Below are positions 19,831-31,489 of a DNA stretch of 64,000 bases, piece by piece (position 1 is the stretch's first letter; each line of letters starts with the position of its first letter). A program made the position numbers and the translations under genes. The stretch lies in IMG/VR virus record IMGVR_UViG_3300012344_000018, positions 32,238 to 96,237 of that record; one strand, written 5' to 3'. The notes under the pieces were generated by a model that was not told the origin of the DNA, did no database searches, and saw only the letters and a program-made list of their open reading frames with translations. The DNA comes from a virus. Taxonomy: Duplodnaviria; Caudoviricetes.

Positions 19831-21759
19831 TTAATTATTAGAATCAAAATAACCAATACTATTAAGAATATAATTTCTAATAAGAGTATATTTATTCTTT
19901 AAATAGTCAAGTTCAAGAGAATTATCAAGACCTTGAGATTGAAGAAGTTTAGCTCTATCATAAGTTGCATTATATAATTCTTGTGCAGCACCGTTAGCCC
20001 AATTACTCACTTCAGCTTCAATATTAGTATTCTTTTTAAACTTGCCATCTTCATCAAAGAAAGTTTGATTTGCAGCATCAATAAAGTCTGTAAGTATCTC
20101 AGCACGATTAATCATATCTTGAGCTTTAGCTTTATCTACAAATGTTTTTGTTCCATCTTTATGAAGAAGATAAGCTTGTGAAGCTCCTGGGTCAATTCCT
20201 AATTCTCCTCCTTCACTATCTCCTAAAGCAGGTATAGTATATCTATAACCATAATATTCCATACCATTAAGTTCTTTAAGAGCACGCATTTTAGTATCTC
20301 GATTAAGACTTTCTTCTACAGAACCTTTAAATAGATTTTCTACAAATATTTTAATAGGTTTTCCTACAGGATTACCATCTTTATCTACTTTAGGCAAAAT
20401 AGTAATTTCAGTACCACTCATGTTACCCATTATAGCAGCACTAAATTTCAATTTATTATTACCTATAGCTCCAGCAATAGCATCATTAAGAAGTTGTCTA
20501 TTTTTAGTATCTAATTTCTTTTGAACTCCATCTTCATTATCATCATCTCCAAAATTAGTAGCATAAACATTATATTGAGTCATATCAGCTGCTGAAAGAA
20601 GATTTTCATAATGGTCTTCAAGATTTTTCTTATAAATATTGTAAGATTGAGCATCAACCAACCCTCTACTAAAATCAGATTCAAGTCTAGCCATACTAGC
20701 TCCAAGACTACCAGCAACAGTAGTACTCATAGTCATATCTTTTTGTCTTTCTTCTTCTTTAGTAGTAAGTTCTTGATTAATGTCTTTAGTTCTTCTAAGA
20801 ACATCTTCTATAGCTCCAAACTGTCCAGCTATATTATTTTTATCTACAACTGTTTCAAGTCCAACACCTTTTATAATAGGAGCATAATCAGGATTAACAA
20901 AGTAATCATCACTTATACCTCTTTCACTAACTGTCATAGTTTGGTCACTTAAACCACTTCTCCATTTCCAATAGTTATTCTTAGCATAAGCAATAGAACC
21001 AGTTTCATTTATATTCTGATTACCGTTATCTAATTTAATAAGTTTTCCATCTTTATCTACACCTGCAAGTTTAAATCTTTTTTCTCCTCTAACACCTTCT
21101 TGAATAGTTCTATTTCCACTACCAGGTAAATGGTTAGTATCGACATTATCTAAAGCCATCATAATCTTATAAAGATTAGGATTATCTTTAGCAACAGTTA
21201 TTCTAGTTTTACCATTAACTGTTTCTTGTTTAACTCCTAATTTATTAAAAGCTTGTATTCCTTTAGCATCATCAGAATAACCCATATTAGAGAGAAATTG
21301 TTGAAAACCACTAAAACCATAATCTTCATCTTTAGCAGCCCAATCAACATTTCCAGCTCCTTTTCCTCCAATCATATCTGCTATTTCAGAATAAATTGGA
21401 ATACGTCCATATCTTTTAGTCTTAGCTGAATCAAATTCTATAGCAATAGATGTAGCATTATTTCCAAATAAATTATTAATACCATCTACATATTCTTTAT
21501 AATATTTATTTTTAATATCTAGTGGAGTTCCATTATCCATTGCAGTTTTAAAAGCAAGAGCTTGTTTTTGGTCAGCTGTAGCACGATTCATCATACCATT
21601 ATAAACTCTTCCTTTATTACGAAGTATTTTTATATTATCAAGCATTTTAGCTTGTTGATTCTTATCTTTAAAATAAGATTTAGAAGCATAATTAGCTGCT
21701 CCTTCATAATCATTCTTATTAAGAAATTGATTATATGTTTCAAATTCAAATAAAGCCAT
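19831..21759 (-). CDS. Virion cargo/ejection protein (642 aa)
   Basis: Long ORF in the cargo cluster with phage-like codon usage; function from synteny only. Confidence 0.55.
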   Translation of the reverse strand: MALFEFETYNQFLNKNDYEGAANYASKSYFKDKNQQAKMLDNIKILRNKGRVYNGMMNRATADQKQALAFKTAMDNGTPLDIKNKYYKEYVDGINNLFGNNATSIAIEFDSAKTKRYGRIPIYSEIADMIGGKGAGNVDWAAKDEDYGFSGFQQFLSNMGYSDDAKGIQAFNKLGVKQETVNGKTRITVAKDNPNLYKIMMALDNVDTNHLPGSGNRTIQEGVRGEKRFKLAGVDKDGKLIKLDNGNQNINETGSIAYAKNNYWKWRSGLSDQTMTVSERGISDDYFVNPDYAPIIKGVGLETVVDKNNIAGQFGAIEDVLRRTKDINQELTTKEEERQKDMTMSTTVAGSLGASMARLESDFSRGLVDAQSYNIYKKNLEDHYENLLSAADMTQYNVYATNFGDDDNEDGVQKKLDTKNRQLLNDAIAGAIGNNKLKFSAAIMGNMSGTEITILPKVDKDGNPVGKPIKIFVENLFKGSVEESLNRDTKMRALKELNGMEYYGYRYTIPALGDSEGGELGIDPGASQAYLLHKDGTKTFVDKAKAQDMINRAEILTDFIDAANQTFFDEDGKFKKNTNIEAEVSNWANGAAQELYNATYDRAKLLQSQGLDNSLELDYLKNKYTLIRNYILNSIGYFDSNN

Positions 21760-21763
21760 AATC

Positions 21764-22873
21764 TTATTTATTAATTAATTTTTTACCTTCAGGACCATAA
21801 ACAGCATCATCAGAATTATTGCTTGGAGGATATGGACCTTTACCATCCATAGAACCTCCTTTAGTTCCACTGCCACTACCTTTAACATAATCATCTTTTC
21901 CAGTAATATCTGTTGAAGTAGAACCAGTTCTACTAAATGTAAAGTTTTTAATAAGACTAGGATATTTCTTAAATAAAATATCTACATAATTAGCTGTTAT
22001 AATTCCTCTTTCATTAGTTATATTAGATTGATACATATTCTTTTGTTCTTCAAGTCTTTGTTTCTCTAAAGGATCTTGAGTATTAGCAATTTGAGTATCA
22101 ATATCATCAAGAAGAATTTTATTAACTCTATATTCTTGTTCAAGACTAGCTTTCCATTTAGGGTCATTATTTATTACATCTACTAATTGAGATTTAACTT
22201 GACTATAAGAAAGAGCCATTCTACTAGAACCTCTAACTTTTTGAAAACTAGAACCAGTACCTTCAGAAGTAGTAGTATTATCACCAGTTGTTCTAGTAGA
22301 TTCTTTACTACTAATACCAATCATAGATATAGCGTTCTTCATCATAGTAAGATTATCTACTTCTTCCACTGGTGTCCAACTAGCATTCCATTCAGTACCA
22401 CCTACTATATTACCTTCATCATCATAAGTATCTTGATAATGATATTTATTAGAAATATTCCAAGCTTTCTTAGTTAATTTACTAATATTACCATCAGTAT
22501 CAACTTCTTGTTTAGCTTTTTCGTATTGTTCATTTGCACGAATACGACCCATAACTTCAGGAGAAGAAACAGCTTTACCAGCTTCAAGTATAGCAGTATC
22601 TAAAGCATCACCATAATCTCCCATAGTAGCGGCATCATCTATTCGTTTTTGAATTTTTCTAGCATAATCGTATTTCCATTTATCTTCAGCAGCATTAAGT
22701 TTAAGATTTCCTAAAGCTACATCAATAGCAGACTTTTGTTTAATAGCTTCATCATAACGCTGATTACGAATATTAATCATATTCCAAAGTCCACTTAAAT
22801 CTCTTTTTCCAAGTATTCTCTGTGGAACACTTCCACCTATTTGAATACCTTGATATTCTTGTTGTTTAGCCAT
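21764..22873 (-). CDS. Virion cargo/ejection protein (369 aa)
   Basis: Long ORF in the cargo cluster; synteny. Confidence 0.5.
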   Translation of the reverse strand: MAKQQEYQGIQIGGSVPQRILGKRDLSGLWNMINIRNQRYDEAIKQKSAIDVALGNLKLNAAEDKWKYDYARKIQKRIDDAATMGDYGDALDTAILEAGKAVSSPEVMGRIRANEQYEKAKQEVDTDGNISKLTKKAWNISNKYHYQDTYDDEGNIVGGTEWNASWTPVEEVDNLTMMKNAISMIGISSKESTRTTGDNTTTSEGTGSSFQKVRGSSRMALSYSQVKSQLVDVINNDPKWKASLEQEYRVNKILLDDIDTQIANTQDPLEKQRLEEQKNMYQSNITNERGIITANYVDILFKKYPSLIKNFTFSRTGSTSTDITGKDDYVKGSGSGTKGGSMDGKGPYPPSNNSDDAVYGPEGKKLINK

Positions 22874-22912
22874 ATTATTAATATTTATATTATTAATAGA
22901 ACAAAAATAAAT

Positions 22913-22948
22913 AATACTTCCAATAGTATCAATACTATCAGAAGTATT
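22913..22948 (-). terminator. Hairpin/terminator after the cargo C1-like gene
   Basis: AATACTTC...GAAGTATT inverted repeat with inner ATAGTAT/ATACTAT. A TATTTTTG (-7-like) element lies at 22902-22909. Confidence 0.45.
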
Positions 22949-22962
22949 TAATTTATTTTATG

Positions 22963-25900
22963 TTATTCTATACCATATCGTCTTCTATCTCTTTGATTTA
23001 ATCTTCCAAGTATAGCACCTTTAAGTTCATTATTATTTGTATTCTTGTATAAATTAGCAAGTACTTCAGGGCTTAAATCATATCCTAAGCTAATAGCATT
23101 TTTAACAACAGAAGGATTATTAGCACTAGATATAGCAGCTATTTCATTTTGTCTGCTATCATATCTATTTTCGACACTACTAGCAAAGTTATTCCAAGCT
23201 TGAGAAAGACCACTTAAATCAACACTTAATTGCCTAGCTCTAGATAATTCAGCTTCATTCTTAGCTTGAATTGCAGCATTTTTAATACTAGCAACATTTT
23301 GATAATATTGATTTCTAGCAGCAGCATTTCTTGCTCTAACTTGTTGTTCATTAGCAAGATTCTGATTTCTAAGTTCAACTTCTTTATTACTTTTTTCATC
23401 AAGAAGTTTATTAGTTTCCATCATAGCATCAGTATCAGTTTGTTGCATACGACTTAAAGCTCCTTGAGCACTAGCAGTATTACCGCTAATTAAATTACGA
23501 CTATTAAGTCTATTACGTTCTACATTAGCACGCTGAGCTTCATTATGATAAGTAGTATCAAAAGATACTGGAGTCTCATCTACATAATTAGGTAAAGCAT
23601 AATCAAAATTCAAGTTCTTATAAGCATTACGACTAAACAAGCTTCCACTAAGTGCAGATAAAGTATCAATACCTAAGCCAATATAATCTTGAGCAGCAGG
23701 TTTAAAAGAAGATTGACGACCTAAATAATTATAATCAGAAGGGTTAAAACTAGAATCACTATTAGCTGTATATTTAGGAATAGCTATAGGATTAAAATTA
23801 GGAATAGCTCTAGCAGTAAGGTCTATATTAGCAAAAGAGGGATATTTTCTTCTATTAGTTCCATAAGAATAAATAGGAGCAAGCATACCATCTTCGGCTT
23901 TAGGTCTTCCTACGGGGGGGTTAGTAAAACCTCCTATTCTTTTAGCTATACGTCTAGCACCAACTCTTCTATTTAAAGCTTCTTTCTTAGCATCAGTTTC
24001 TTTAGCAGTAGAATAATTTTGATATTTACCAGCACGATAAATAAAGTTACTTCTACCAGCAGCTCTAGCTGCATCAAATGCTTGATTAAAGTTTCCTACT
24101 TTAGAGTAATCAGCTTGACCCGTATAATTACCATTCTTATCGTAAATATAACCTACATTAGTTTTATGATTAATAATAGTATTGCCTCTACGAGTATATT
24201 TAACTCCATTAATAGTCTTAGTCTCTCCATCATGTAATTGATAATTACCTTTAGTTACATTACCTGTATATTGAGGAGTAGTTTTTACTTGACGAGAAAC
24301 TACTTTATTTTTTTCTCTAACTTTTTGCTTACTATCTTTTTTAGTTGATAATTGAGATATAAGTTTAGAATTTCTATAATTTATAGCATTATTTACAGCA
24401 AAATTTGCAGCATCAACCATAGATTGAGTTTTGTCTTTTAAAGAACGTTTATCTTCAGATTGTAATTGAGATATAAGCTTACTTCTATACATATTGTTAG
24501 CAAAATCTACACTTCTTCTACCAGAATCAACCATAGATTGAGTATTTCTTCTTAACTCATCAGCAGTCATATATTTAGTAGGTTTATTATTATTTTGCTT
24601 GCTACTTTCTTTTTTATTATCTCTATTACTAGGAAGTTGTCTTATAAGATAATTTTGATAAGCAAGATTTGCAGCATTCATTGCATTATCTATATCATCT
24701 TGATTAAATTTTGTAACTTGTTGTTTATCTTTTTCACTAGGTAATTGAGATATTAACCAATTAATATAAGTATTAGTATAATCAGGTATATTAGTATTTG
24801 TATTTATACCTATATTAGTACCAATACTAGCTTTCTTTCTAAGTTCAGGATATTTATTATAAACTTTAGTTCTAACATCACTTCTTCTATGAAGTCCAGC
24901 AAGTCTTAAAGCATCAACTGCATCAGCTCTAGTAGGAATAGGATAACTTCTATTACCTCCAGCAAAATCTTTAGATGCTACATTAGGATAAGGATGTTTA
25001 GAAGAACCACGGTCTTTAGAAGTTAAACCTCCACCAAGACTGTATTTGTTCTTAGATAAACGTAAATATCTATTATTTCCTAAAGGTTTATACACAGTCA
25101 TGCGTTTAGTACTTATACCAGTATTTCCGTTATCATCAAATTTTTTCCAAATACCGCTACCTTTTTTAATAGCATTGGCAGGTAACGGTTCAGAATATCT
25201 TCCATGATGACCTACTTGCCATGTTGTATGTCTAGAAGGAGTGCTAATTATATACCTAGAATCTCCAATTCCAGCGCTAGTTGTTCCACTCCAAGGTTCG
25301 CCCATAGAAGCAGCTTTACCTCCATGAGAATTACCTCCAGCTTTACCAAAATTAAAACTTCTACCGCTTTTGCTTTTTACAGTTTTAGTAGGAAGAGTAA
25401 TATTGCCAGGAAGTTTTCTATATTGACCTATAGTTTTAGCATCTTGAACTTCTCGCATATTAGTAATGCGATATACTCTATTAGTAGGAAGCATATTCTT
25501 TGTAACTATTCCACTACGAACTTGTTTAAGATTTAAACCTCTGCTAATCATAGGAACAGTACCAGTAATTAAATTAGGATTTGTATTATTACCATAAGCA
25601 TCAACATCACCTTTATAATAATCAATCATTTGTGCTATATTATAAAAAAGTCCTACAGGATTAAGGGATGTAATAAAACCTAAACCTTCATTAGCTTTTT
25701 GTTGAGCTTGTTCTTTAGTTTGAATATATCTTCTATTTCTATAACTGTCAGTACCAGGAATACCTCCTTCAACTAAAGTACTATTTGGATTTTTACTAAC
25801 TCTTTTAGCTTTAGTTACAGTACCACCAGGTCTATATTTATTACTACCATCATCATTAAGACCATTATTTCTCTTAAAGCTTTGTTGAGCAGCAAATACT

Positions 25901-26452
25901 TTGTCTTTGTTATATCCTCTCATTACAGCTTGAGCAGGACTTATTCCACCAAGAATAGGTTGAGCTGAATATATACGTAAAGTTGCCCTTACGTTGAGCA
26001 ACTTCACCACCTTCAGCTTCGATTTCATTACCGCCAACATTAATACCTATGCCAGTTTGACCAGTTTCATTTATATCCTCATGAGAACCCCCCCGTAGAA
26101 GAAATGTGTTGTTTCCAATCTTCCTAGCACTACCACCATCAGTAATAGCAATATTTCTACTACCAAGTCTTTTAGTACCACCTATACGATATTTAAGATT
26201 ATAATCTTTATCGTCGTAACTAGTTTCAGCATTAGCATAGTTATTAAGTGTACTAGCTAATTGATTTTGATTACTAATATCAAGTTGTTGTTGAGCAAGT
26301 CTTTGTTGCTCTTCTAAAGCACGTCTTTGAGCTTTAGCTTGTTGACTACTAGTAATAAGACCTCCAACAAAATTAATTGCAGCAGGAATAAGAGAACCCC
26401 AAAATGCTTGAGGTCTCTTATTAGTTTGTTGTCTTTTTAATCGATATACCAT
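22963..26452 (-). CDS. Modular cargo protein (C1-like), split by a frameshift near 25981 (ORFs 25910-26452 and 22963-26040)
   Basis: The N-terminal ORF reads ...EAEGGEVAQRKGN, then the protein-like sequence continues in another frame as TLRIYSAQPILGGISPAQAVM. It lies directly after the muzzle gene and has recurring K-Y-x-x-G-G motifs. Confidence 0.7.
24340..24770 (-). repeat. Four degenerate intragenic repeats (LISQL/LIRQL-x-S..K), two preceded by TQSMVD
   Basis: LISQLPSEKDK, LIRQLPSNRDNK, KLISQLQSEDK and KLISQLSTKKD in the translation. Confidence 0.7.
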
Positions 26453-26453
26453 A

Positions 26454-29400
26454 TTAATAATTATTAGTTATAAATGTAACTTCTTCAAATTTAATTCTTC
26501 TATCATTATCGAAAATAAATCTAGCAACAATATATCTACCATAAATAAGAGATTTACTATCATCTAGTTTATTATATTCAGATTTAATGTTTTCATCAGT
26601 TATTTCTTTTCTTTCATAAGCATGAGTTTTAGTATTATAAACTATAGCTACAAACTTACCATTATCAAGAAGTTTATTTACATCATTTCTAAAGTAATTA
26701 AATTCCCAATGACCTTTTTGAAAAGTAGGAAGTTTATAAGCATTGAAAGCATTAGTATCACCATTGTCGTTTATATCAATAGCTCCAGTATAAGTTTCAT
26801 CACTATAAAGAATAATACTATTTCCGCTAAATCGTCTATTAAGAAGTTCAGCTGGATTCATATTATTAAACTTAGCAGTAAGAGTATTAAGTATATAATG
26901 AATACTTTCAAGACTTTTAGCTTGCTCTGGATTAACATTGCAAACAACATCTATATAAGACTTATATGTTTTATCTGAAAGAGGTTTTGTAGTATAAACA
27001 GTATCATCAACTGTTGGTTTACTATCATAAGTATAATCATAATAAGCACTACGTTCTACTTCTACATCACCAGTCTTATAAATAATAAGTGCTCTTATTC
27101 TACAACTTGTAGTAAGCTCTATTAAATCACTAGTATTAGGATTAAATGTTTTACTATTTTTATTAGGCTGACTGCCATCAAGAGTATAGTATATAGTATC
27201 TACAGATTCATTTTCTGTTTCAAGACTAAGTTTATATTTATTTACTATTCGTATTATAGGAACAAGCGCATAATCCCCAATATTTATAGTTTTATCATTA
27301 GTGGTATCTTTATAAGTAACATTCAATGCAACATGATTTGAAATACTATCAATTAAAGTTATACTTTCTCCTTTAGCAAATTCGTCTTTTGTAATACTAA
27401 AACATTTACTTGTACTATTACCATAACCTTCAGCAACTATTTTACAAGTATATTCAGAAGTATTTGTTATAACAATATATTCTTTATTTCTAACACAAGT
27501 TATATAATTTATTAGAACGTCAGGAGTTTCATCATGATTCACAGACTCTTTTAAATAAACAGTATTACCATCCAGAATTTCAACATCATAATTTCTATAA
27601 CTTATAGTTAAAGGTTTGTCTGCATTAAAAAGATAACCATTAGGGTCTTTACTATTATTACAATAAAGAACTCCTGGATTATATACATTTCCATCATAAG
27701 TAAAGTTTATACTATCGTTCCAAACACCATCTTTGTCATTATGTTCAAGTTTTACACTTTTAATTGTAATCTTAGATAAATCTACACTTACTGGTGTAAT
27801 ATCAACTCCTTCATCATTTTGATATTCATCTAAAGTATTACATAGTTTACCATATAAAATAGTCTTTTTTCCATAAATATCACTTATCTTATAATCATCA
27901 ATATAATAAGTTGCATATTCTGAATCAACAGAACCAAAGAAAACACTTATAGTCTTATCTGTATCTTCGTCATAATGATATAACTTTATATACTTATAAT
28001 TCTTTACTACATCTGTAAGTTTATATCTTATTTCGTTACCATATACTAATATTGGGTACTTAATTAGATTTATAGTATTTCCTGTAGGAAGACTAGGTTT
28101 AGCTCCACTACTTTCATTAGATGAAGCATTATATTGAGGATAATAAAGACTCTCTTTATTTCTTAAATTTTTATATCCAGTTTCAGATTCATCAAACTTA
28201 TAAAGTCTATTTCTATCTTTAATATTATCTAGAAAATAAGCAGTATTATAAGTTCTATAGCAATTAGTAAAACTATAATCATGAAGACTTATAAAAGTAT
28301 TAGTATTAAAATTATAACTAACAGTTATAGGATAATCTGTATTATCTACATTTACATATATACATATAATAAGACGATTAGTAATTAAATCTTCTCCAAA
28401 TCTAATAGTACTAATATTCAAATCTTTAATGAAATTATTAATATCAGAAGAAAGAACAGAAGCTTTACCATTCTCATATTTAAATATTATCTTATTAGTA
28501 GCATCATACCAAATATAACCATTCTTACTAACAATAGATTCTTCTTTGTCTTTAAGACCTCCAAATCCTTCATTAGAAGGAAGTACTTCTTGATAATCAA
28601 TATCAAATACATCAGGAATCTGAAGTTGACTACTTTGAGTAAGTTTAGGAGTTCTATCAAATACAAATAGAGAATATTCAGTATGAACTAACATATAAAG
28701 ACCAATACCTACAATGTTAGTAATATTACCTTTATTCTCTTTGATAATCTTATACTGTTCAGTCTCAAATATTCTAAAACCATTTACTAGACTTTCATCA
28801 CTAATAACATTACTTCTACGAATAGTCTTGTTAAAGTTATCAATATAATCAGAATTATAATTAGTAAAACTTTTACTAGGTTTAGCAGTATAACAACCTT
28901 TTATTTCAAGAAAATCATGAAGTTTATCAGGAGTTAAAACTGAATTATAAAATACACCTTTAGTTCCACCAGCAGAAGTTACAAGACTTACAGCTCCTTT
29001 AGAATAATCTTGTTTAATGCTATAAGCATCTAAAGGTTTATCGCTATAAGAATAATCTGTTTTGGCTATAACGCCATAATCTGTTTCTGCTCCAGTATTA
29101 TCAACAACTTTACTAGATGCAGCATTAAAGATTATTTCTTTAAGTTTAGTTGCTGTAGCAGGATTAGAAGTATCTGCAAATAGTATTATCTTTTCTCTAT
29201 TATAGAAACCAGGAAGATAAACGTCACTATCATGCCGATTAGTATCATAATAATTTTCTGTAAGCCTATAAAGAGTCTTAGTCTTTTTATAATAGTTTCC
29301 TATATTAGAAGATAAAAGAAAAACATATTTATTAGATGTACTAGGAGATATAGATACATTAGAAGTTGTAACTATGCTCTTATTAAATGTTTTACCTTTA

Positions 29401-31487
29401 ATGATAGTATCAGCATTATTACCATATGTAAAACTATCTCCATATATAGATTCACTATTATAAATAAATCCAGCAGTACTAATATTCATAGAAGAAGTAT
29501 CTCCAAATAATTTATTCACATAAATAGCATTAGTTTCTATCTCTTCATAAGTAAGAAAATAGCCAATATATTTATCAGGAATATTAGTTGCTTGAATACT
29601 TATATAATTTATAGGATTATCATTATTAGCAGTATTAAGACTTCTAAGAAAATATCCATTAGTAAAAGAACCATCAGGTCTAATAAAATGAATATATATA
29701 TTATAAGTTTGAAAAGGTATTAATGTTTTATTTATAATACCATTATTTATATTAAAAGTATTACTTATAGTTTCAGTAGTTATACTAAGACTAGGAGCAT
29801 ATCCTCCTTTAGGTGCAGGAGGAGCAGAAGTTAATACATTAGTAACACTATCATTAATATATCCACCATAATGACCAGGAGTAGTATCTAATGGGTCAAT
29901 AAGATAAAATGTTCCATAGATATAAACATTCCAAGCTAATTTATCACTTGTAGTATTTTGAATAATATAAGTATGTTCACCTTTATTTGAACCATTATCT
30001 ACAGATATACTACCAGTAGTAACTATATAAATTGCTCCATCTTTAATATAAACCTCTTTTACATTGATTACACTTTTGTTACTAGAAGTATATATAGGAC
30101 AATAAGTTCTATTTTTATCGGCATCATAATCTAGTAATATAACAGTATAATTTTCTTTACAAGACCTCCAAACTTTTTTACCTTCTTCAGTAAGTTCAAC
30201 GTTTTTACTTTCATAAGGAGAAATAGATTGACCAAGACTATTATAAAGTCTAAGAACCTTAATAAAATTATTAATAATAAATGCTTTAAAATCACTTATT
30301 TGAATTTTACCATCAGAATTAGGAGTAACTTTAGATAATTCAAAAGTAGTATTATCAGTTTTAGTAGTTACTCCATTATAACTTATTTGCCCTTTAACTT
30401 TTGTATAAGTTTCTTGAGCTTCTGTAGTTTTATAAGATTTATTCTTTATAGTCAATCCAATATATTTATCTATATAAGCATTAACATCTATAGATTCGTT
30501 CTTATATTCTTCATAATTAGAAAGATAAATTCTATTATTGTAATTAACTATAGTCTTTATATTATAAAGTTGATTAGGAGATTTAAGAAACTCATCAACA
30601 GATTCTTCTTTAGTAAAGATATTATCTGCTACAACAATATTTTTAGTAATAATATCATATTCATTTTGAATACGACCTAAAACTTCTTCATCTCTTTTAA
30701 TTATATATCCAAGTTGATATTTTAAAAACTTATTATCAGCAGGAACATCTATATTTATACTTATACCTTTATCTGAAATGTTATTGTCATTAACAGCGAA
30801 ATTCTCAAAACCAGATTTACTTGTATCTAGCTTTACAAGTTCATCACCTTTTAAATAAGTATGAGAAGGTGCTTCCTTTTGTTTACTCTGAATAATAATA
30901 ACTTCAGGAGTTACTTGAAACCATTTAGTATAATCTACATCATTAATAGCAAATCTAATAAAAAATGTATATACACCGCAAACCAAACTACCAGTTGTAA
31001 TATTATAAGAATATGAAACTGCACCAATTTCTTCTTCTTGATTATGAGAAAGATTTGTAGCTGTATCTAGATTCCAAGATTTATAAGGCACTTGAATATT
31101 AAGACCATAATTATCTACAGCATCATATTCACCAACAGCGATAATCAATTCTCCTTTATAATTATAAGTATAAGAACCAGTTATTTTACCTCCTGAATAA
31201 CTCCATCCAACATTTACTTCAAAATAAGAACCATCATCCTTATAACGATAAATTCTAGAAACTTTATCGTTAGTACAATAAGTAAATATAACAACTTCTT
31301 TATTTGTAGGTATAGCACCACAAATATATTCAGAACTATTAGGACATTCAAATGCTACTTTAAATCCCCATTCATTAGTAAAATAACTACCAGTATCATC
31401 TACTACCATATTCTTAGCAGCAACAATACTATTATTAGGAATATCTTTAGGATTCCTATTTAAACTAAGTTTTGGTATTATTTCCAT
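26454..31487 (-). CDS. Tail muzzle / tail stabilisation protein (1677 aa) with inserted domains
   Basis: N-terminus MEIIPKLSLNRNP..NNSIVAAKNMVVD, later RRSNVISDES and GFGGL..KNGYIWYD segments, and position after the ring genes as in crAss-like phages. Confidence 0.8.
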   Translation of the reverse strand: MEIIPKLSLNRNPKDIPNNSIVAAKNMVVDDTGSYFTNEWGFKVAFECPNSSEYICGAIPTNKEVVIFTYCTNDKVSRIYRYKDDGSYFEVNVGWSYSGGKITGSYTYNYKGELIIAVGEYDAVDNYGLNIQVPYKSWNLDTATNLSHNQEEEIGAVSYSYNITTGSLVCGVYTFFIRFAINDVDYTKWFQVTPEVIIIQSKQKEAPSHTYLKGDELVKLDTSKSGFENFAVNDNNISDKGISINIDVPADNKFLKYQLGYIIKRDEEVLGRIQNEYDIITKNIVVADNIFTKEESVDEFLKSPNQLYNIKTIVNYNNRIYLSNYEEYKNESIDVNAYIDKYIGLTIKNKSYKTTEAQETYTKVKGQISYNGVTTKTDNTTFELSKVTPNSDGKIQISDFKAFIINNFIKVLRLYNSLGQSISPYESKNVELTEEGKKVWRSCKENYTVILLDYDADKNRTYCPIYTSSNKSVINVKEVYIKDGAIYIVTTGSISVDNGSNKGEHTYIIQNTTSDKLAWNVYIYGTFYLIDPLDTTPGHYGGYINDSVTNVLTSAPPAPKGGYAPSLSITTETISNTFNINNGIINKTLIPFQTYNIYIHFIRPDGSFTNGYFLRSLNTANNDNPINYISIQATNIPDKYIGYFLTYEEIETNAIYVNKLFGDTSSMNISTAGFIYNSESIYGDSFTYGNNADTIIKGKTFNKSIVTTSNVSISPSTSNKYVFLLSSNIGNYYKKTKTLYRLTENYYDTNRHDSDVYLPGFYNREKIILFADTSNPATATKLKEIIFNAASSKVVDNTGAETDYGVIAKTDYSYSDKPLDAYSIKQDYSKGAVSLVTSAGGTKGVFYNSVLTPDKLHDFLEIKGCYTAKPSKSFTNYNSDYIDNFNKTIRRSNVISDESLVNGFRIFETEQYKIIKENKGNITNIVGIGLYMLVHTEYSLFVFDRTPKLTQSSQLQIPDVFDIDYQEVLPSNEGFGGLKDKEESIVSKNGYIWYDATNKIIFKYENGKASVLSSDINNFIKDLNISTIRFGEDLITNRLIICIYVNVDNTDYPITVSYNFNTNTFISLHDYSFTNCYRTYNTAYFLDNIKDRNRLYKFDESETGYKNLRNKESLYYPQYNASSNESSGAKPSLPTGNTINLIKYPILVYGNEIRYKLTDVVKNYKYIKLYHYDEDTDKTISVFFGSVDSEYATYYIDDYKISDIYGKKTILYGKLCNTLDEYQNDEGVDITPVSVDLSKITIKSVKLEHNDKDGVWNDSINFTYDGNVYNPGVLYCNNSKDPNGYLFNADKPLTISYRNYDVEILDGNTVYLKESVNHDETPDVLINYITCVRNKEYIVITNTSEYTCKIVAEGYGNSTSKCFSITKDEFAKGESITLIDSISNHVALNVTYKDTTNDKTINIGDYALVPIIRIVNKYKLSLETENESVDTIYYTLDGSQPNKNSKTFNPNTSDLIELTTSCRIRALIIYKTGDVEVERSAYYDYTYDSKPTVDDTVYTTKPLSDKTYKSYIDVVCNVNPEQAKSLESIHYILNTLTAKFNNMNPAELLNRRFSGNSIILYSDETYTGAIDINDNGDTNAFNAYKLPTFQKGHWEFNYFRNDVNKLLDNGKFVAIVYNTKTHAYERKEITDENIKSEYNKLDDSKSLIYGRYIVARFIFDNDRRIKFEEVTFITNNY

Positions 31488-31489
31488 AA

